NCBI GenBank assembly: GCA_963714015.1
Contig: OY970223.1
Span: 3,424,001 to 3,488,000, forward strand
Length of the DNA stretch: 64,000 bases
Direction: 5' to 3'
Source of the DNA: Vulcanimicrobiota bacterium
GTDB taxonomy: Bacteria > Vulcanimicrobiota > Vulcanimicrobiia > Vulcanimicrobiales > Vulcanimicrobiaceae
The stretch's first letter is position 1. Each line of letters opens with the position of its first letter. The translations under genes and the position numbers were made by a program. Under the pieces are notes generated by a model. That model ran no database searches. It was not told where the DNA came from and saw only the letters and a list, made by a program, of their open reading frames with translations. Below, one piece after another: positions 39,824 to 49,767 of this stretch.

Positions 39824-41221
39824 ATGGATGTGCTCGGAGGCGCGAATCAGGTACAGCTAAACCTGTTTCGCACCCAAATGGATGAACGGACGCAGATTAA
39901 CGCGCTGGCCAGCGGCCTACGCGTTAATAATGCTTCTGACGATCCTTCCGGCTACGCCATCGCCGAAACCATCCAGTCCAAGGTCAGCGGACTGCAGCAA
40001 GGCGTGCAAAACGTCCAGGAAACCGGCAACCTGCTCAATGTGGCGGACTCGACGCTGAGCAACGTACAGCTCATCCTTCAGCGCGTCCACTCACTCGTCG
40101 TCGAAGCGGCTTCCACGCTCAACTCGCCCCAGCAGCTGCAATCGGTCCAGGACGAGATCGACGAGCTGCTTCAGGAAGTCAACAAGATTTCTTCCGGGAC
40201 CAAGTTCAACGGCATCAGCCTTCTGGACGGCTCCCTGAGCGACGCGCCGGCACAGCCCGGCTACTTTGAAATCATCAATCCGGACAGCAATCCGGACGGC
40301 TCGGTTCCTAGTCAGGACGTCTCCGATTCGCAAAACCCGGGACAAGCGCAGCCCGGTCCGCTCATTTTTCAGGATCCGAACTACCCGATGTTCGACACGA
40401 ACGCGCACTACGTCTCGGGTTACACCGAGATGCAGGTGGTCAGCTACAGCGACAATCCGACGCCCCCCGGCGGATCGCCGCTGGGAGTGCCCGGCGTCGT
40501 GATCAAATTCACGCAGTTCAGCACCGATCCCAACTTCGGCGGCACGAACGGCGCGCAAGAACAGGTTTCCTACGGCGCATACGCGGTCGACGCCGGACAG
40601 GTCGGACCGGGCTCGCCGCCTGGACTGAACATCAATAACGCGAGCGGTTCGGCGCCGATGCTGACGCCGGATCTCGCGAATCTTTCGGCGCAAGACGTCG
40701 GTGTCGCAATGGCGGTCGAAACGTTCTATGGGGCGCCGGCCGGCACGGGGACGCCGCTGACCGTCAACACCGGCGGATCGGAAGGCGATCAAATCTCCAT
40801 CAGTCTGCCGAACGTGAACACGAGCGCGCTCGACATCGCCGGCATCAGCGTTTTGCAGCCGGTCTACGTCGACGGAAACAACAACGTCATCGGAACCGGC
40901 GACAACACGCAGGCCGTCGACGACGCCGAGGCGCGCGTGAACAATGCAATCAACTTGATCGATCAGGCCCTCGCGCAGGTGGGAGCGCAAAACGTCGCCA
41001 TGCAGGAAGAAGCGGACGGCGCTTCGCAGCAGATCGTCAACCAGGTCGCCAGCGAGAGCGCGATCCGCGACGACGACGTGGCGCAATCCACGACGCAGCT
41101 CACCAAAGATCAGGTACTCTCCCAAGTTGGAACGAGCGTGCTCGCACAGATGCAGAGCAGCGCGAAATTGGTCATTCGGCTCGTGACGGGATCGGCGATC
41201 GGCGGAGCGGGCCAAATCTAA
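39824..41221 (+). CDS. Divergent flagellin-like protein
   Basis: LASGLRVNNASDDPSGYAIA, LLNVADSTL, TKFNGISLLDG; C-terminal SAIRDDDVA...VLSQVGTSVLAQ. Confidence 0.88.
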   Translation: MDVLGGANQVQLNLFRTQMDERTQINALASGLRVNNASDDPSGYAIAETIQSKVSGLQQGVQNVQETGNLLNVADSTLSNVQLILQRVHSLVVEAASTLNSPQQLQSVQDEIDELLQEVNKISSGTKFNGISLLDGSLSDAPAQPGYFEIINPDSNPDGSVPSQDVSDSQNPGQAQPGPLIFQDPNYPMFDTNAHYVSGYTEMQVVSYSDNPTPPGGSPLGVPGVVIKFTQFSTDPNFGGTNGAQEQVSYGAYAVDAGQVGPGSPPGLNINNASGSAPMLTPDLANLSAQDVGVAMAVETFYGAPAGTGTPLTVNTGGSEGDQISISLPNVNTSALDIAGISVLQPVYVDGNNNVIGTGDNTQAVDDAEARVNNAINLIDQALAQVGAQNVAMQEEADGASQQIVNQVASESAIRDDDVAQSTTQLTKDQVLSQVGTSVLAQMQSSAKLVIRLVTGSAIGGAGQI

Positions 41222-41297
41222 GAGCGGAACGCGGCGGCACGTTTCAGCCTTTCTTCAGAGTTTACGATTAGTTACTCTGTGGAGAGGACTTTAGCGT

Positions 41298-42512
41298 ATG
41301 AATGCGTCTGCAATCCCCAAACTGCCGTTATTACCGGTTTTTATTGCCGTCGCTGCGATCGCCGGCTGTCACGGCGCAGGCCCGCCGTCCGGCGGCACGT
41401 CCACCATACCGCAGACCGACGCGCGGCACGCCGCGGTACCGGCGCGCGTGGGACTCGGAAAAGTGCTGAGCGCGAAAGACGGCGGCCAAATCTACGGATT
41501 CGACATCGATCGGAGCGGCAGCGACGGCGTTCTGGCCTCCGCCACGTCAAGCAGCAGGCCGAAGGTCTCCGTGCAGACGTTCGATGAGGATTCGGGCCGG
41601 ATCGTCAGCTTGGTCAAGGTCGACACCGCGGACGGCAGCTCGTACGGGGCGGACGGCATCTTCAATAGCGACACCGCGCTGCTCACGCACTACGTCATAC
41701 CGAAAGGCGGCATCTACGCTAAACGATTTTACCAAGTCATGGATCCGGTGACCGGAAACTCGATCACCGGTAAGTGGACGCCGCCGATCGAGGACGTCGA
41801 CGTGCAGCAGGCCGGCGTGAATCAATCGACGCCGCAGAGCGTACTCTTCGCCATCGAACTGCGCAATCAGGATGCGCCGGATCTCTTCGTCACCGATATC
41901 GCGGCAAACACCTTCGGCAAAGTCATCCATCTCGATCCGAATCTGTTCGGGTTAGCCGATGCCCCGCAGCTGGCGCAATTTATCTCGAAGAACGAAGCCG
42001 TCATGGCGCTTTCGCCGGACGGCGGCGCGGCCGGAGGAAAGCCTCCGCTCAATTTTCTCTTCGATCTTCAGACCGGCAAATCGACGCAGTTCGGCGGTTA
42101 CAACAACGGCCCGTTTCACGCCGGAGACGTCAACGGCGCAGCCGTCGACCCCAACACCGGCATAGAAGCGACCGACACCGAGCTCAATGCACAGGTCGAA
42201 TTCTACGACGACAACAAGAAATTGGGGGTTATCGCCGTGCAACTGCCGTGCACGAACGACGCCGACCAACTGAACAGCGGTTCCGGCATCGCCGTGGACC
42301 CCGTGCACAAGTTGTTCCTCGTCACCGAAGAGTACTACGCGTGCGGCTCCGGAAGCGCGATCGCGGTATACGACGAAACCGGCGCGTTGAAGGAAACGAT
42401 TACCGGATTTTCGTTCTACGTGGGAGAGCCCGCGCCGGTGCTCAATCCGTCCAAGCGCATGGGCTGGGTATTCGGCCCGAAGGTGAGCCAGCTGCAGCAG
42501 TTCTTCTACTGA
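41298..42512 (+). CDS. Secreted lipoprotein, probable beta-propeller
   Basis: Lipobox IAGC; GAAVDPNTG, GIAVDPVHKLFLV, IAVYDETG. Confidence 0.6.
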   Translation: MNASAIPKLPLLPVFIAVAAIAGCHGAGPPSGGTSTIPQTDARHAAVPARVGLGKVLSAKDGGQIYGFDIDRSGSDGVLASATSSSRPKVSVQTFDEDSGRIVSLVKVDTADGSSYGADGIFNSDTALLTHYVIPKGGIYAKRFYQVMDPVTGNSITGKWTPPIEDVDVQQAGVNQSTPQSVLFAIELRNQDAPDLFVTDIAANTFGKVIHLDPNLFGLADAPQLAQFISKNEAVMALSPDGGAAGGKPPLNFLFDLQTGKSTQFGGYNNGPFHAGDVNGAAVDPNTGIEATDTELNAQVEFYDDNKKLGVIAVQLPCTNDADQLNSGSGIAVDPVHKLFLVTEEYYACGSGSAIAVYDETGALKETITGFSFYVGEPAPVLNPSKRMGWVFGPKVSQLQQFFY

Positions 42513-42630
42513 ACGGCCCCGCGCTTGTGCAGACCCCTGAGCTAAAACGGAAGGCTCCGCCCCGACGCGCGGCCCCTGCCGCGCTCCGCGGCACCGCGGG
42601 GTTGACGCGTCCGCCTATACTGAAGAAGGA

Positions 42631-42795
42631 TACCTCGCTAGGTGAGGCGTCCACGCAATACACAGGCCGCTGCCCAGAAACGTCGAGAGACGCCAACCGG
42701 GTAGACCAGACTGCGCCGAGACAAGGCGATGTCTAACGCGGCTAAACCCGATGGGTTTTACGGTGCGTGGTGCCAAAGCAATCGCGACTGGGGTA
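42631..42795 (+). ncRNA. M-box (ykoK) Mg2+ riboswitch
   Basis: CGCTAGGTGAGGC...GCTGCCCAGAAACGTCGAGAGACGCCAA..GGGT...AAGG...TGCCAAAGC pattern; upstream of Mg transport genes. Confidence 0.88.
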
Positions 42796-42826
42796 TCGGC
42801 CGAGCATGCTCCGCCGCCGCACCACG

Positions 42827-42861
42827 ACCGATCGCCGCCTTGCGGGATCGGTTTTTCTTTT
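42827..42861 (+). terminator. Riboswitch expression-platform terminator
   Basis: ACCGATC-gCCGC-ctt-GCGG-GATCGGT-TTTTCTTTT. Confidence 0.8.
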
Positions 42862-42900
42862 GTCTGCGCTGCAGCGCGGATTTCGAGGGAGGTGATGGCA

Positions 42901-44196
42901 ATGTTCCAGGAAGGCTTCGTCTCCGAGTTGGTTGGACGCCGGGCCACGGTGAACGACTTGCCGATCGGCAAAGTTGCGGACTTTCTCGTGAACAAACCGG
43001 ACGATACTTTCCCGCAGATCGACGGTCTCATCATCAAGACGGCGCAAGGGCAGCGCTTTGCTCCGATGTACACTGTGGCGGACGTCGACGATCGCGGGAC
43101 CGTGGCGCTCACCGCCGCGCCGAAGACCGCCGCACCTCCCGACGAAGAAGCGCTCTATCTCGTCAGCGACTTGCTCGACAAGCAGATCGTCGACGTGGAC
43201 GGACGCAAGGTGGTGCGCATCAACGACATCGAGCTTGCCAAGACCGGCGGCAAGCTGCGGGTCGTCGCAGCCGACGTCGGCGTGAGCGGACTGCTGCGCC
43301 GCCTTGGCCTAAAGTCGTTCGGCAAGCGCTTCACGCCGTGGATCTACGAAAACGTCCCGCGCACGATGATCGCCTGGAGCTCGGTCGCCCCCATCCGCGA
43401 CACCAACCCCTCGCAAGTGCAGCTCTCCGTCAAAGAGAGCAAACTCTCGCGTCTGCATCCCAGCGAACTTGCCGACATCATCACCGATCTCTCCGCGCCG
43501 GAAGCAGTAGCCGTGATCCAGCAATTGGACGACGAGACCGCGGCGGACGCCTTCGAACATCTGGACGCGGAAAAACAGCGTTCGCTGATCGACGACATCG
43601 GAACGGAACGCGCCGCCGACATCATCGAAGAGATGGACTCGGACGACGCTGCGGATCTGCTCGCAGAGCTTCCGGAAGAACGCCAATCCGAGCTGCTCGC
43701 CGAGATGAACGAATACACCGCCGGCGAGCTGCGGGCACTCGTCAAGTACGAAGACGACACGGCGGGCGGCCTCATGACGACGGACTACGTGTGGATCTAT
43801 CAGCATCGGACCGCCGAGCAGACGATTCGCAAGATCCGGGAGATCGCTCCTGAGTCCGAGTTCATTTACTACCTTTACGTCGTGGACAAGCAGGACGAGC
43901 TGCTCGGCGTCCTTACGCTGCGCGACTTGCTGCTGGCCGAACCGAACGCTTCGATCGACAAGATCATGCGCGGTGAGCTGGTCACGGTCGGCACCGAAAC
44001 GCCCGCGAGCGACGTCGTCGCAACGATCGCGCGGTACGATCTTCTCGCCGTTCCGGTCGTGGACGAAGCGGGCAAAATGCTCGGCATCGTCACTGTCGAC
44101 GATGCTATCGATGCCATCGTGCCGGAGCGCCTGGTGAGGAATCTGCCGCGCCTGACGCACAGGAAGCGCGAAGCCAGGGCGAGCGCCCGGGGATGA
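42901..44196 (+). CDS. Soluble MgtE-like protein (PRC-barrel, MgtE_N, CBS pair; no TM domain)
   Basis: LLDKQIVDVDGRKVVRINDI, LHPSELADII, EMDSDDAADLL, TAGGLMTTDY, GIVTVDD; GGAGG RBS. Confidence 0.88.
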   Translation: MFQEGFVSELVGRRATVNDLPIGKVADFLVNKPDDTFPQIDGLIIKTAQGQRFAPMYTVADVDDRGTVALTAAPKTAAPPDEEALYLVSDLLDKQIVDVDGRKVVRINDIELAKTGGKLRVVAADVGVSGLLRRLGLKSFGKRFTPWIYENVPRTMIAWSSVAPIRDTNPSQVQLSVKESKLSRLHPSELADIITDLSAPEAVAVIQQLDDETAADAFEHLDAEKQRSLIDDIGTERAADIIEEMDSDDAADLLAELPEERQSELLAEMNEYTAGELRALVKYEDDTAGGLMTTDYVWIYQHRTAEQTIRKIREIAPESEFIYYLYVVDKQDELLGVLTLRDLLLAEPNASIDKIMRGELVTVGTETPASDVVATIARYDLLAVPVVDEAGKMLGIVTVDDAIDAIVPERLVRNLPRLTHRKREARASARG

Positions 44197-45512
44197 CGCT
44201 CGCCAAGGGCCGGCGGCTCTCGCTGCGCCGGTCCATGCGCACGCTGGCGATGTTTTTCTCCATCGTCGGTCCCGGCATCATTACCGCGAACGCCGACAAC
44301 GACGTCGGCGGCATAGCGACGTACTCGCTCGCCGGCGCGCAGTTCGGGTACGAGCTGCTCTGGTTGCTGATACCGGTGACGATCGCGCTGATCGTGACGC
44401 AGGAGATGTGCGCCCGCATGGGAGCGATTACCGGTAAGGGGCTTGCGGATTTGATCCGGGAGAACTTCGGCGTAAAGGTGACGTTCTGGGTTCTTCTGCT
44501 CTTCGTGTTCGGCGATCTCGGGAACACGGCGGCGGAGTTCGCCGGCATCGCAACGTCGGCACCCATTTTTCACAGTTACATTCCGCACGTGCTCAGCAAG
44601 GACGTCTTCACCGATCTGCTCGTGGCGCTGGCCGCGGCCGGCGTCTTCTCCGCCGTTACGCGCGGGAATTACAAGACCGTCGAGCGGGTCTTTTTCTTTT
44701 TCTGCTTCGTTTACGTCAGCTATGTCGTCAGCGGCATTCTGGTGCACCCCGACTGGGGGCAGGTATTCCGCCAAACGATCGTCCCGCACTTCACGCCGAC
44801 CAAGGCCTACGTCCTGATGGCAGTCGGCGTGATTGGAACGACGATCTCCCCGTGGATGCAGTTCTACATTCAGGCCGCGGTCGTCGACAAGGGCGTGGGC
44901 GAGGAGGAGTACGCGTACTCACGGACCGACGTCGTAGTGGGCTCGTTCGTCACGGATATCATCGCCTATTTCATTATCGTGTCGAGCGCCGCCACGATTT
45001 TCTTTCATAATCTCCACGCGGCCCATCCGCTGATGATCAATACCGTCGCGGACGTGGCCGCGGCGCTCGCGCCCTTGGCCGGCAAGTTCTCGGCGCTGCT
45101 CTTCGCGCTCGGTTTGCTGAACGCGGCGATCTTTACCGCCTCCATACTGCCGCTTTCGACGGCATACTACGTCTGCGAAGCGTTCGGATTCGAGCGCGGG
45201 GTCGATCACCGCTTCAAAGACGCGCGCGTTTTCTACATACTCTACGCCGCCCTCATTTTTATTGGGGCGGTCGCAGTCATCGTCCCGGGATCTCCGCTGC
45301 TCTTCATCATCTTCGGATCGCAGGTCCTCAACGGGATGCTGCTGCCCATCGTGCTCGTGCTCATGCTGCTTTTGATCAACAACAAGCGCCTAATGGGCCG
45401 TTGGACGAATGGGGTCGCATTCAACGTGATTGCTTGGACGACCGTAGTCATCGTCGGAATTCTGACGCTCGTCTCTACCGTTCAGTTGATCTTCCCCTCT
45501 GCGGGTTCTTAG
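44193..45512 (+). CDS. Nramp-related (NRMT-type) divalent cation/Mg2+ transporter
   Basis: GPGIITANADNDVGGIATYS, QEMCARMG, GTTISPWMQF. Confidence 0.87.
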   Translation: MTLAKGRRLSLRRSMRTLAMFFSIVGPGIITANADNDVGGIATYSLAGAQFGYELLWLLIPVTIALIVTQEMCARMGAITGKGLADLIRENFGVKVTFWVLLLFVFGDLGNTAAEFAGIATSAPIFHSYIPHVLSKDVFTDLLVALAAAGVFSAVTRGNYKTVERVFFFFCFVYVSYVVSGILVHPDWGQVFRQTIVPHFTPTKAYVLMAVGVIGTTISPWMQFYIQAAVVDKGVGEEEYAYSRTDVVVGSFVTDIIAYFIIVSSAATIFFHNLHAAHPLMINTVADVAAALAPLAGKFSALLFALGLLNAAIFTASILPLSTAYYVCEAFGFERGVDHRFKDARVFYILYAALIFIGAVAVIVPGSPLLFIIFGSQVLNGMLLPIVLVLMLLLINNKRLMGRWTNGVAFNVIAWTTVVIVGILTLVSTVQLIFPSAGS

Positions 45513-47286
45513 GCCAGTCCAGACGAGGCGCCTCGTCGTTGAAGAACAGCCAGCGGTTGCGCCCGGCATGTTTGGCGCGATACAGCGCGCGGTCGGCCCG
45601 ATCCATCAGTTCGTCCGGAGAAGTCCCGTCGTGGGGATAAAGCGCGATGCCGATGCTCGTGTGCACCGCGCGGCTCGCGCCTTCGATATCGAGCGGCGCC
45701 TGCATCGTGGAGACGATCTTGCGCGCCAGATCCGCTGCATCGTTCGCCCCGTTCACGACCGGTTGAAGAATGACGAATTCGTCGCCTCCGAACCGCGCCA
45801 CCGTATCGCTTTCGCGCAGCGTTGAAAGCAGACGATCCGCCACGGCCTTGAGAACGAGGTCACCCGCGCCGTGCCCGTCGCGGTCGTTGATCTCTTTGAA
45901 GTTGTCGAGGTCCAAATACATGACGGCAAAGCCGCGGTTGTAGCGTTTCGCGGCCCCCATCGTTTGGCGTATCCGGTCGCTGAAGAGCACGCGATTGGGC
46001 AGACCCGTGAGCGAATCGTAGAACGCGAGCTGTTCGATACGATCCGCGTGCTGCACGCGTTCGATGGCGGCGGCGACGAACAGGGCCATCAGCTGCAGCA
46101 GGTCCCGGTCGAGTTCCTGAAGCGCGCCGCTGTGCGGCATGCGGCCGGCGAAGACCAAAGCGCCGAATTCGCGATTGTTCACGACCAATTTGGTACCGAA
46201 ATAGGAGCGCCATGGGACGCTGCTGCGCGCCGGATCTTCGTCCCACGGCGGTTCGTCCAAATTCGGAACGAACAGCGTCTGCCGCTCTCCCACCAGGAAT
46301 CGCGAGATCGCCGTCTCGGTGGGGAAAACGCTGCCCGGCTTTACGGTCGACCCTTCACCTGCGGCATTCAGCACGGTCAGCGTCGCTTCGTCGAAGCGCG
46401 CGACGTACCCGTAGTCGAAACCGAACATCCGGCAGCCGATCGCCAGCGTGTTGTTGAGCTGGTCCTCCGGCGAGTCGCCGCGAGCCGCAGCTACGAGGTA
46501 GAGTTCGCGGATGCGTTCCCCTTGAAGCGCGATGGCGCGTTCGGCACTGCGCTGGGCATCAACGTTTTTCGCAATGGCGTAGGCGCCTTCGATCTCTTCG
46601 CCGACGCGGAGCGGCACTAATTTGAGCTGCACGTCGCTTCGATTGCCCAGCCGATCCAGCAACAGCGAGTCGAATTCGGTCGCTTCGCCCCTGCTGACGA
46701 GCTGGAAAGCCTCGTCCGCCGCTTCTCGGCATTCGGGCGAGACGATGATCGTCCAGGGCTTGCCGATGATCTGCTCGCCGTAGAATCCGGTCGCCGCTTC
46801 CAAAGCGACGTTCACCCGCGAAATCTCGCCGCTCGACTTGAGCGCCATGATCGCGTCCGGATGGTATTCGAAGAGCGATCGCGCGCGCTCTTGATTGATC
46901 CCCAGCGAGTGCTCCGCCGATCGAAGCGCAACGATGTCCCGGGCTTGAGCGAACACGCCGGCGATACCGTTTTGCGCGCGCGCCGGAAATAGGTACACCT
47001 CGACGGGTACGATCGTACCGTGACGATCGCGGATCGTCGTTTCAAAGTGCTCGGTAAATCCGGCGAGCGCCGTTTGGAAGGCGTTCGCGACGATCTCTCG
47101 ATCGCGCCCGTACACGTGCTCCCAATACGGCGTGCCGCGCATCTGCTCCAGCGGATATCCGGCAAGCTCGCACGTGCCGCGGTTGCACGACACGAGCAAA
47201 CCATTGCGGTCGTAGACGGCGACGGCATCGGGGTTGTCCTGGTAAAACGAGGACAGCAGGGCTTCGAGCAAAGGCTCCGTTTGCAT
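45475..47286 (-). CDS. Diguanylate cyclase (PAS-PAS-GAF-GGDEF)
   Basis: DSLTGLPNR, DLDNFK, I-site RESD, intact GGDEF. Confidence 0.92.
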   Translation of the reverse strand: MQTEPLLEALLSSFYQDNPDAVAVYDRNGLLVSCNRGTCELAGYPLEQMRGTPYWEHVYGRDREIVANAFQTALAGFTEHFETTIRDRHGTIVPVEVYLFPARAQNGIAGVFAQARDIVALRSAEHSLGINQERARSLFEYHPDAIMALKSSGEISRVNVALEAATGFYGEQIIGKPWTIIVSPECREAADEAFQLVSRGEATEFDSLLLDRLGNRSDVQLKLVPLRVGEEIEGAYAIAKNVDAQRSAERAIALQGERIRELYLVAAARGDSPEDQLNNTLAIGCRMFGFDYGYVARFDEATLTVLNAAGEGSTVKPGSVFPTETAISRFLVGERQTLFVPNLDEPPWDEDPARSSVPWRSYFGTKLVVNNREFGALVFAGRMPHSGALQELDRDLLQLMALFVAAAIERVQHADRIEQLAFYDSLTGLPNRVLFSDRIRQTMGAAKRYNRGFAVMYLDLDNFKEINDRDGHGAGDLVLKAVADRLLSTLRESDTVARFGGDEFVILQPVVNGANDAADLARKIVSTMQAPLDIEGASRAVHTSIGIALYPHDGTSPDELMDRADRALYRAKHAGRNRWLFFNDEAPRLDWPKNPQRGRSTER

Positions 47287-47324
47287 CAGAATGTCCGGCT
47301 ACTCATTCGACCGAAGTAGCTCGG

Positions 47325-48491
47325 ATGACTGCAGACGAGATCGTCGCGTTTGCGGAGGGTCTTGCCGGAATTGCCGGCTCGGGAGGCGGCGCAAAGGCGC
47401 TAGCCGACCACCTTGCAAGGCGTATTCAAGCCGCCGTTCTGGTCGAGGACGCGCAGTGGCGGCACGTCGCCGCCTGCGGCGGGCCCGTGCCGAACAGCGT
47501 CCGATCGATGACCCGCAGCGACGATCCGGAGTTCTCGCCGCTGCTCGACGGACGCGCGGGCCGAACGATTGCAATAATCGGCGGAGAGCTGCGGCTCGGC
47601 CGGCTCTCGATTTTCGGCGAAGGGAATCTCGATCGCTTCGAATACTTCGTGCGCCTTACGGCCGGCGCAATAGGCGTCGAACTGGCGCGCGAGGCGACCG
47701 GTCAGCCCGCCGGGCGCCGCGCCTTTTGGGAGCGGTTGGCCGATCGCGCATACGTCGATGCGGCGGCCGCGCGCGACGATGCTGCGGCACACGGGATCGC
47801 GCTCGCTTCCCATTACGTCGCGGTCGCGATCGAGCCCGAATCGCAAAGCGGTGCGGCCGGCTCGCCCGCGCAAGAGATCGTGCGCAGCGCAGACTCTGCA
47901 GACGTTTCGATCAGGCCACGCGCAGCCCGGAATGCTCGAACGAGGCGGGACCATTTTGGTGTTGGTTCCGGCGTCGCGTGAAATCGATGCAGCGAACGCG
48001 CGGACCGCCGCATCGTTGATGCCGCGAGGATTGACGAAGAAACATCCGGACCTGATCGTCGGAGCCGGCGCCGGCACTCGCGTGGCGATGATCGATCTGC
48101 CGCAGTCGATCGACGAGGCGCTGGCCGCACTGACGATTGCGCGAAGGCTCCACGGCACGGGACAAGCCGGGATTTACGACGATCTCGGCGTCTATCCGCT
48201 GCTTCTGCAGGGCGCGGCGCAGCAGCAGTCTGCGGGAGTTTGCCGCGCGAACGCTTGCACCGCTGCGATCCTACGACGAAAAGCACCAAACCGAACTGGA
48301 AAGAACCTTACGTCTGTACTTCGAGGCCGGCGAGAACGTTAAAACGGCCGCCGCGAAACTCAACGTGCACCGGCACACGGTGTTTTATCGACTGCGGCAG
48401 ATCGGCGAGCTTTGCGGTTGCAAGACTCGGCGATCCGCATGACCAGCTTACGCTGAGAACGGCAATGGCTATCGATGCACTCACCAACTAA
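47325..48491 (+). CDS. PucR/CdaR-family transcriptional regulator (several indels)
   Basis: YDDLGVYPLL, LAPLRSYDEKHQTELERTL, AAAKLNVHRHTVFYRLRQI spread over shifted frames. Confidence 0.82.
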
Positions 48492-49767
48492 ACGCGAAGT
48501 CTTGCGGCTTGCGAAGGAATCGAACGTGCAGTTCGTCCGTCTTTCGTTCGCGGACGTTCTCGGCGTGGGAAAAAACGTCTCCATTCCCGTCGCGCAGCTC
48601 GACGCGGCGCTCGACGGAAAGGTGACCTTCGACGGCGGCTCCATCGACGGATTCGTTCGGGGAGAAGAGCTGGACATGGTGCTGCGGCCCGATCCGTCGA
48701 CGTTCGCGCTTTATCCGTGGTCTACGCCGCAAGCCGGCGAAGCGCGTCTTCTGTGCGACATCGCCATGCCCGACGGGTCGCCGTTCGAAGGGTGTCCCCG
48801 CACGACGCTGCGCCGTGCGGTCGATCGAACGGATTCGACACTGGGTTCGCTGAGCGTCGGACTGGAAGTAGAATTCTATCTCTTCGATGCGCGCGAGAGC
48901 GAGTTCGGGTCGACGGCGACCGCCGACGTCGGGTCGTATTTCGACTACTCTGCCAGCGACCGCGGCGAGGACGCCCGCAGCGCGATCGTCAGCGCACTGC
49001 AATCGATGGGCGCGCGGGTGGCAAGCGCGCATCACGAACATGGTGCCGCGCAGCACGAGATCGACCTTCAGCCCGTGGGTATTTTGGAAGCTGCGGACGC
49101 ACTGCTGACGTTGAGGACGATCGCTAAACACATCGCGGCGCGATACGGTTTGGAAGCGACGTTCATGCCCAAGCCCATCGAAGATCGCGCCGGAAACGGT
49201 CTGCACGCCGGCTTTGAATTTCCGGCCGGCGAAGATCGCGATACGGTGCTCTACGCCATCGGGGGTTTGCTCGCACATGCGCCTGCCGCCACCGCGGTGT
49301 GCAATCCCACGGTCAACTCCTACAAGCGTTTGGTCGCCGCGTGGGACGCGCCGATCTACACGGTCTGGTCAGCGCGCAGCGCCAACGCTTTGGTTCGCGT
49401 TCCGAGCACCGAAGGCGCACAGCTCGTCGAGATGCGCAGCCCGGATCCCGCGTGCAATCCGTACCTCGCGCTGGCCGTGCTGATCGGTGCAATCGCGGAC
49501 GGCGTCACGAACCGCGCGCTCCCCGGAGATCCGCTCGCCGGTTCGACGTACGAATTGAGCGAACGCGATCGCCGCGAACGGGGAATCGGCACGCTGCCCA
49601 AGTCGCTGCGCCAGGCCATCGCGGAGCTCGACGGCGATCCGGTCATGCGATCGGCACTGGGCGATCACATCTATCATGCCTTTCGCGACGCCAAGCTTGC
49701 GGAGTACGAACGGTACCGTCGTGCCGTGCATCCGTGGGAGCACCGGGCTTACCTGCGTTTGTACTAA
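48475..49767 (+). CDS. Glutamine synthetase family protein (GlnA-like, divergent active site)
   Basis: FDGGSIDGF, GLEVEFY, HHE...QHEI, TFMPKP, NSYKRL, EMRSPDPACNPYL. Confidence 0.85.
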   Translation: MHSPTKREVLRLAKESNVQFVRLSFADVLGVGKNVSIPVAQLDAALDGKVTFDGGSIDGFVRGEELDMVLRPDPSTFALYPWSTPQAGEARLLCDIAMPDGSPFEGCPRTTLRRAVDRTDSTLGSLSVGLEVEFYLFDARESEFGSTATADVGSYFDYSASDRGEDARSAIVSALQSMGARVASAHHEHGAAQHEIDLQPVGILEAADALLTLRTIAKHIAARYGLEATFMPKPIEDRAGNGLHAGFEFPAGEDRDTVLYAIGGLLAHAPAATAVCNPTVNSYKRLVAAWDAPIYTVWSARSANALVRVPSTEGAQLVEMRSPDPACNPYLALAVLIGAIADGVTNRALPGDPLAGSTYELSERDRRERGIGTLPKSLRQAIAELDGDPVMRSALGDHIYHAFRDAKLAEYERYRRAVHPWEHRAYLRLY

